A DNA stretch of 12,702 bases from Promethearchaeia archaeon. Its GTDB lineage: Archaea > Asgardarchaeota > Lokiarchaeia > Sigyniarchaeales > SOKP01. Both the position numbers and the translations under genes were made by a program. Positions 8,039-12,702 of the stretch are shown here, piece after piece (the stretch's first letter is position 1; every line of letters begins with the position of its first letter). A model generated the notes under the pieces. The model was not told the DNA's origin. It saw only the letters and a program-made list of their open reading frames with translations, and did no database searches. The stretch covers positions 1-12,702 of the forward strand of contig JAHQWH010000234.1 in the NCBI GenBank assembly GCA_029856105.1, written 5' to 3'.

Positions 8039-8614
8039 ATGAAGAAGAAGAAAAGTATAGATTTCAATAATAGTTCGTTATGTTTTATTCCAGTCCCAGT
8101 TTATTTAATTACTACTATAGATGAGAATAACATCAATAATATTGCTCCATATGGGATGGTTATGCCTATCTCCTACAATCCTCTTATAGTTAGTGTTGGT
8201 TCGGCAAAAAATAGAGACACATATAGAAATATCTTAAAAACAAATGAGTTTGTTCTAAACGTACCAAGTGTAGAACTTTTAAAAAAAATAAATAGAACAG
8301 CTGATCCAATTCCATCAGCTGAAGATGAATTTATTCACGCTGACTTAACTCCAATTAAATCAAAAATAGTTAAACCTCCAAGAATTGAGGAGTGTAAATC
8401 GCATATGGAATGTAAGACGATATGGATAAAAGAAGCTTCAAATATGTGCACAGATAGAGTTATAATTACTGCAGAAGTAGTTGCGTTATCTCTAGATGAA
8501 GATCTTTTTATAAAAAATCTTTGTGAGCAAAAAGGACTTATGAAACCTTTATATTACGAAAAGCATTCATATTTTTCACTTGGCGGATATATAGGTAGTC
8601 GAAGAATGAGATGA
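8039..8614 (+). CDS. Flavin reductase-like FMN-binding protein (flavoredoxin type)
   Basis: PVPVYLITT, NIAPYG, RDTYRNILKTNEFVLNVP and SKIVKPPRIEECKSHMEC. Confidence 0.9.
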   Translation: MKKKKSIDFNNSSLCFIPVPVYLITTIDENNINNIAPYGMVMPISYNPLIVSVGSAKNRDTYRNILKTNEFVLNVPSVELLKKINRTADPIPSAEDEFIHADLTPIKSKIVKPPRIEECKSHMECKTIWIKEASNMCTDRVIITAEVVALSLDEDLFIKNLCEQKGLMKPLYYEKHSYFSLGGYIGSRRMR

Positions 8615-8719
8615 TTTCTTAGTTGATATCATAACATTTGCTATAGAAATAGTGAAAATATCAAATTTAATAAAACTCTTTCCTTCTATTAGTGGATTGA
8701 GTATTTATACTTTTAAATA

Positions 8720-8995
8720 TTTAAATAATTTGATGGATATTCATAAAACTAAATGAGGAAAAGAAAAGAATAAGAATGATCATCATCAAATGTGCTAAAT
8801 GTAAAGAGTATATTATTAAATACGAAAAATTGGGAAAAAGAAACATCCATAGTTGTTATAAAAGCTATATTCAAAAATATTATATGCCACATAATAATAA
8901 ATATTCTAATTGTGAAAAATTAATAGCAACTAATCGAGGAAATTATATTAAAATGAACAATCATAAATTTACTTATTCTAAAAGAATTAATTAAT
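8720..8995 (+). repeat. Direct repeat copy 1 (promoter plus Zn-finger gene); partner at 9359-9643
   Basis: Both copies start tttaaataatttgatgg and continue through the leader and whole ORF; the offset is 639 nt until a 9-nt deletion in this copy. Confidence 0.95.
8776..8994 (+). pseudogene. Degenerating duplicate of the Zn-binding protein at 9415-9642 (frame still open)
   Basis: The second CxxC is broken (CPNC to YSNC), three codons are deleted and several Gly residues are replaced; substitutions are mostly G>A and C>T relative to the other copy. Confidence 0.65.
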
Positions 8996-9014
8996 TAATT
9001 ATGGTGATGATAAA

Positions 9015-9305
9015 GTGAATTTTTCAGAAGAAGATGTTCACAATAAGTTGGAAGAAGTAAAGCATCCTTTTATCAATTGCACATTAACAGAGTTAGGGAT
9101 AGTTAAAAAAGTAACGGTTAACGATAATAGCGTGGTTGCGACTATTGCATTACCTTTCCCTAATATTCCTATCAAAGATACGCTTATATCTAGCGTAAAA
9201 ACAGCTCTAGAGGAACTTGGTGCGAAAGTTGATACGAAAACAACAATAATGACGCAAGAAGAACTCCAAAACTTCTTAGATTTGGAAAAAAAGAATTGGA
9301 AGTAA
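9015..9305 (+). CDS. DUF59/MIP18-like (Fe-S assembly P family) protein, variant motif
   Basis: LEEVKHPFINCTLTELGIV...ATIALPFPNIPIKDTL; GTG start with GGTGATGA upstream. Confidence 0.8.
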   Translation: MNFSEEDVHNKLEEVKHPFINCTLTELGIVKKVTVNDNSVVATIALPFPNIPIKDTLISSVKTALEELGAKVDTKTTIMTQEELQNFLDLEKKNWK

Positions 9306-9321
9306 AAAAAAAATTTTTATA

Positions 9322-9350
9322 TTAATATTTTAGCACTTTAAGAAACATTT
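9322..9350 (+). repeat. Intergenic motif copy C (TTAATATTTTagCACTTTAAgAAACATTT)
   Basis: Same core; 16 nt after the stop at 9305; 27 of 29 positions match copy A. Confidence 0.75.
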
Positions 9351-9358
9351 TAGGGTTT

Positions 9359-9643
9359 TTTAAATAATTTGATGGTTATTCATAAGAATAAATGAGGAAA
9401 AGAAAAGAATAAGAATGATTATCATCAAATGTGCTAAATGTAAAGAGTATATTATTAAATACGTGAAATTGGGAAAAGGAAATGTCCATCGCTGTTATAA
9501 AAGCCGTATTCAAAAATATTATGTGCCACTAAACAATAAAGAGTTAAAATGCCCTAATTGTGGAAAAGTAATAGGAACTGATAGAGGATATTATATCAAA
9601 ATGAACCATCATACATTTACATACTCTGGAACAATTAATTAAT
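9359..9643 (+). repeat. Direct repeat copy 2 (promoter plus intact Zn-finger gene)
   Basis: Aligns with 8720-8995. Confidence 0.95.
9415..9642 (+). CDS. Small putative Zn-binding protein (CxxC...C...CxxC), function unknown
   Basis: IKCAKCKEYIIKY, HRCYKSRI and LKCPNCGKVIG; GAGG upstream. Confidence 0.8.
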   Translation: MIIIKCAKCKEYIIKYVKLGKGNVHRCYKSRIQKYYVPLNNKELKCPNCGKVIGTDRGYYIKMNHHTFTYSGTIN

Positions 9644-9652
9644 CTTAGAAAA

Positions 9653-9859
9653 CTATTTCAATTTAGAATCCTCGCTCCCATCTGGAAGAATGTAATCGGG
9701 AGATATAAATCCCTCTTCTTCAAATCTTTTTTTCCGAATACAATTTTTACCTTCGTTCCAGCAATAATTCTCAACCCACTTTTTATCTATCAAACCTTTA
9801 TCAAAGGCTCCTTTCATCGCAGATGTCTCATCATACCAGCGACAAAAAAATTTCTTCAT
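9653..9859 (-). CDS. Small Cys-containing conserved hypothetical protein
   Basis: CRWY...WVENYCW...CIR...PDYILPDGS. The ATG at 9859 follows AAGTGAT and is preferred over the track start at 9874. Confidence 0.7.
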   Translation of the reverse strand: MKKFFCRWYDETSAMKGAFDKGLIDKKWVENYCWNEGKNCIRKKRFEEEGFISPDYILPDGSEDSKLK

Positions 9860-9890
9860 ATCACTTATAAACATTATATTACTATTATTT

Positions 9891-10652
9891 TTGTCTAAAA
9901 GGGAATTTAAATTGAAAATCGATGACTATCAATTAGCAGCAGAATGGATTTTGGAATCTAAGAATACAGTACTTTTTACAGGAGCAGGAATTTCTGTCGA
10001 AAGTGGAATTCCACCTTTTCGTGGTGAGGATGGACTATGGAGTAAATATAATCCATCTTTTTTATTGATGAGTAATTTTAGGAAATATCCAAAAAAATCT
10101 TGGGAATTGATATATGAAATTTTTTATGAGTTTTTCAATCAAGCAACTCCAAATGAAGCTCATTATATCATAACAGAACTAGAAAAAAAAGGATTAATTA
10201 ATGGTATAATTACCCAAAATATAGATAATCTGCATCATAAAGCAGGTAGTAAAAGTATTGTAGAATATCATGGAACATCAAGAACCTTAACCTGTTTAAA
10301 TTGTACTCAAAAATTTAATAGTAATAACCTTGTAAATAAAGAAAAATTACCTCCTCACTGTCCCAGTTGTGATGGTTTGCTAAAACCTGATTTTGTATTT
10401 TTTGGTGAACCAATTCCCGCTGAAGCTCAAAATCTTTCGAATAAATACGCTTCGACAGCCGAATTGTTTATATTAGTAGGAACTACTGGAGAAATAATGC
10501 CTGCTTCTTTAATTCCATATCTTGCAAGAGAGAAAGGTGCACGAATTATTGAAGTCAACATTGAACCTACTAAATACACTCAGTCAATTGTTGATATTTT
10601 TTTAAAAGGAAAAGCTACAGAAGTATTTATGAAACTCAAAAAAATACTTTAA
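9891..10652 (+). CDS. cobB: NAD-dependent protein deacylase (sirtuin, Sir2/CobB family); the start may be the TTG at 9912
   Basis: TGAGISVESGIPPFRG, TQNIDNLH, EYHG, CLNC/CPSC Zn site, KPDFVFFGE, VGTTGEIMPA and EVN. Confidence 0.95.
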   Translation: MSKREFKLKIDDYQLAAEWILESKNTVLFTGAGISVESGIPPFRGEDGLWSKYNPSFLLMSNFRKYPKKSWELIYEIFYEFFNQATPNEAHYIITELEKKGLINGIITQNIDNLHHKAGSKSIVEYHGTSRTLTCLNCTQKFNSNNLVNKEKLPPHCPSCDGLLKPDFVFFGEPIPAEAQNLSNKYASTAELFILVGTTGEIMPASLIPYLAREKGARIIEVNIEPTKYTQSIVDIFLKGKATEVFMKLKKIL

Positions 10653-10664
10653 TTCTAATAATAC

Positions 10665-10693
10665 TTCTCCTTTCTTAGATTTTAACAGGAGAA
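10665..10693. terminator. Hairpin after the sirtuin gene
   Basis: TTCTCCT (10665-10671) pairs with AGGAGAA (10687-10693). Confidence 0.3.
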
Positions 10694-10743
10694 AGCCTAT
10701 ATTGTAATTAAAAATTATAAAAAAAGGTTTTAGATTTTAAGTT

Positions 10744-10783
10744 AGATAAGCTTTTATCTTATTGTTATAAGCTTTATAATAAT
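10744..10783. promoter_or_regulatory. Two adjacent palindromes overlapping the likely TATA box of the DsrE-like gene
   Basis: AGATAA-gctt-TTATCT (10744-10759) and ATTGTTATAA-gct-TTATAATAAT (10761-10783); both contain ATAAGCTTT. Confidence 0.4.
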
Positions 10784-10815
10784 CAATTAAAAAATATTAA
10801 AAGTGAATATAAAAA

Positions 10816-11220
10816 ATGGTAGAAACCGTGATATTGTGTAAGGAGGGAACAATTAACTCTTATCTAAGTGCCCTCGTTATTGCAATGAATAAAAAGAAGA
10901 AAGGAGAAGATGTAAATGTTGTGTTTATGCAAGAAGGATTAGCAGCTCTTGTGGACAAAAATTTTAGATTTATACCTGGTTTGGAACCACATGCGAAAGA
11001 TATAGAGAAAAATGCGGCTATGATGGGTATCCCTTCAGATCCTTTCGAATTAATAAAAGAGGCAAATAAGGTAGGAGTTCCCTTATATGCTTGTCAAGCA
11101 TGGATGAAACTTCTAGGTGGAAAACCTCCAAAATTTTCAATTCCGGATGGTTTGCAGAAACTGGAGTTATCAGAATTAATAACGGCGCTAGATGAAGCAA
11201 AAAAAGTGTTTTCAATTTAA
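10816..11220 (+). CDS. DsrE/DsrF-like (DrsE-type) protein
   Basis: ALVIAM...GEDVNVVFMQEGL, ELIKEANKVGVPLYACQAW; 134 aa. Confidence 0.8.
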   Translation: MVETVILCKEGTINSYLSALVIAMNKKKKGEDVNVVFMQEGLAALVDKNFRFIPGLEPHAKDIEKNAAMMGIPSDPFELIKEANKVGVPLYACQAWMKLLGGKPPKFSIPDGLQKLELSELITALDEAKKVFSI

Positions 11221-11273
11221 ATTGAAATTTAAAATCCGATAATTATTAAAAAAATAGAAAAAGAGATATATCT

Positions 11274-12611
11274 TTAGCTGATCTTATATTGCGTTTTTAA
11301 GAAGTTTATGATGAAATTCTTGACTTTAGCGCGATCAGGCATACTTGCGATCATTCCATACATTGCAGAATCACCTTCAGAAACCTTTTCAGGGTGTTTC
11401 CGCACTTCTGAGATTGCCTTTCTTAAATCATTTAAAAATCCATCAGTAACATCTGCGTGATGAGGATTTACCATCATATGCAGAGCAGAAGGGAACTGTA
11501 TTCTATCTAGATGCCAGCCTTTTTTATCTAATTCATCACCCAATTGAAATATGTTGATTTCATCTGATGTAAACGAAAAAACACTCATTACCGGATCTCC
11601 AATAATATGTAGCTCTGGAATGCTGTTTATACCTTCAATTAATTTTTTAGTCGCTTCCATAACAATTTTTGCTAGCTTCATATATCCATCCATCCCTAAA
11701 GATTTCATGGCAACCCAAGCTGCTGCTATTGCTCCTCCTGGGCGTGTCCCTCGCATTGTTGTTGAGATATATACTCCTCCAGACCAATCTGTATATACTG
11801 AAAATTGGTGTTTCCATAGCTTATCTGTACGATAAAGAATGACTGATGCCCCTTTTGCTCCATATCCATATTTATGAACATCTGCTGACATAGATGTTAC
11901 ACCTGGAACTGAAAAATCGAAATCGGGGAGTTCATAACCTAATTTTCTAACAAATGGCAACATAAATCCCCCAAGGCATGAATCAACATGCATTCCAATT
12001 CCATGATCCTGTGCTAGTACGGCCAGTTCTGAGATTGGATCAACAACACCTCTAGGAAAATCGCACGCTGAGCCAACTATTAATATTGTGTTTTTATTTA
12101 ATGCTTTTTCCATAGCTTTTATATCTGCGCGGTGAGTTTTTTTGTCTACTGGTATTTTTACTGCCTTTACATCAAAATAATCTGCACCCTTATAAAAAGC
12201 AGGATGTGCAGAACTTGGTAATAGTATTTCTGGTTTTTTAATTTCGGGAAACTTATCTCTTGCCCAATCCCTGTATGTTTTTACTGCCAATGCTATACTT
12301 TCTGTACCTCCAGAGGTTAAACTTCCACAACATTTTCTATCTCCTCTAAACAGGTCAACAGCCATAGAAACTACTTCTGTTTCAAACTTTTTTAAGCTTG
12401 GGAATGCTAATGGACTTAAGGCATTCTTCGAGAAAAACATATTATAACTTTTTTTAAGTAGTTCAGTGTGTTTATCTGATGCATGATAAACCAAACTCCA
12501 AACTTTTCCTTCTTCCCATTTTACGTCATCTTTACTAATTTCTTCCATTTCTTTTAAAAGATGCTCGCCAGGAATACCATTTTCAGGAAAAACTACTTTA
12601 GGTCTAACCAT
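11274..12611 (-). CDS. Sphingosine-1-phosphate lyase-like PLP-dependent enzyme (group II decarboxylase fold)
   Basis: NALSPLAFPSLKKFETEVVSM, TSGGTES, SAHPAF, HVDSCLGGF, SADVHKYGYGAKG (PLP Lys), DWSGGVY and GTRPGG. Confidence 0.88.
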   Translation of the reverse strand: MVRPKVVFPENGIPGEHLLKEMEEISKDDVKWEEGKVWSLVYHASDKHTELLKKSYNMFFSKNALSPLAFPSLKKFETEVVSMAVDLFRGDRKCCGSLTSGGTESIALAVKTYRDWARDKFPEIKKPEILLPSSAHPAFYKGADYFDVKAVKIPVDKKTHRADIKAMEKALNKNTILIVGSACDFPRGVVDPISELAVLAQDHGIGMHVDSCLGGFMLPFVRKLGYELPDFDFSVPGVTSMSADVHKYGYGAKGASVILYRTDKLWKHQFSVYTDWSGGVYISTTMRGTRPGGAIAAAWVAMKSLGMDGYMKLAKIVMEATKKLIEGINSIPELHIIGDPVMSVFSFTSDEINIFQLGDELDKKGWHLDRIQFPSALHMMVNPHHADVTDGFLNDLRKAISEVRKHPEKVSEGDSAMYGMIASMPDRAKVKNFIINFLKTQYKIS

Positions 12612-12702
12612 TTTAATTCATCTACTAATTATTTTTTTTATATTTTTATGTTCAATCTAAAGCTTAATAAACATTTTCACTAAATAATTTTTAAATTTTT
12701 AA

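Noticed and set aside
6408-8640. Selenoprotein readthrough or SECIS element
   Set aside because: No in-frame TGA at a Cys-equivalent position; the TGA stops (e.g. 8612-8614) fall at natural protein ends, and the hairpin after the GRE has no convincing SECIS core on the sense strand.
6681-9350. Classical integron attC sites or a CRISPR array
   Set aside because: No RYYYAAC/GTTRRRY cores or long attC hairpins, no integrase, and the spacing is over 1 kb rather than 30-40 nt.
8776-9642. Diversity-generating retroelement TR/VR pair
   Set aside because: Only 16 of 31 mismatches have A in copy 1, there are many C/T differences and a deletion, and no reverse transcriptase is present. AT-biased decay fits better.
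9653-9874. Uracil-DNA glycosylase label that I recall on similar small proteins
   Set aside because: Far too short and lacks UDG catalytic motifs.
11018-11215. 65-aa minus-strand ORF
   Set aside because: Antisense shadow of the DsrE-like gene.
11551-11835. 94-aa plus-strand ORF
   Set aside because: Antisense shadow of the SPL-like gene.

Overview
AT-rich window whose gene style (HEAT+LRR protein, Cys-rich 4Fe-4S protein, TTG/GTG starts, GTGA-type Shine-Dalgarno motifs, TTTAAATA-like TATA boxes) suggests an archaeon, probably Asgard (Lokiarchaeia/Promethearchaeota); this is an inference. Left to right: partial enoyl-CoA hydratase; a frameshifted antitoxin-like pseudogene with an operator-like heptamer cluster; a 2TM + Nudix-like protein followed by a 17-nt sequence shaped like a tRNA 3' end; a nucleoside phosphorylase; a HEAT/LRR protein; an atypical glycyl radical enzyme (KVGGY loop, no adjacent activase); six co-oriented, mostly unrelated genes (unannotated 50-aa ORF, 4Fe-4S protein, flavin reductase, decaying Zn-finger copy, DUF59, intact Zn-finger); a small Cys protein; a sirtuin; a DsrE-like protein; and a sphingosine-1-phosphate-lyase-like PLP enzyme. 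The most notable unexplained signals are a 20-bp motif (TTAATATTTTnnCACTTTAA) repeated 11-16 nt after three unrelated stop codons, the tRNA-like fragment next to the TM-Nudix gene, the orphan GRE and a ~280-bp duplication with uneven decay. No complete novel system can be demonstrated from this window alone.
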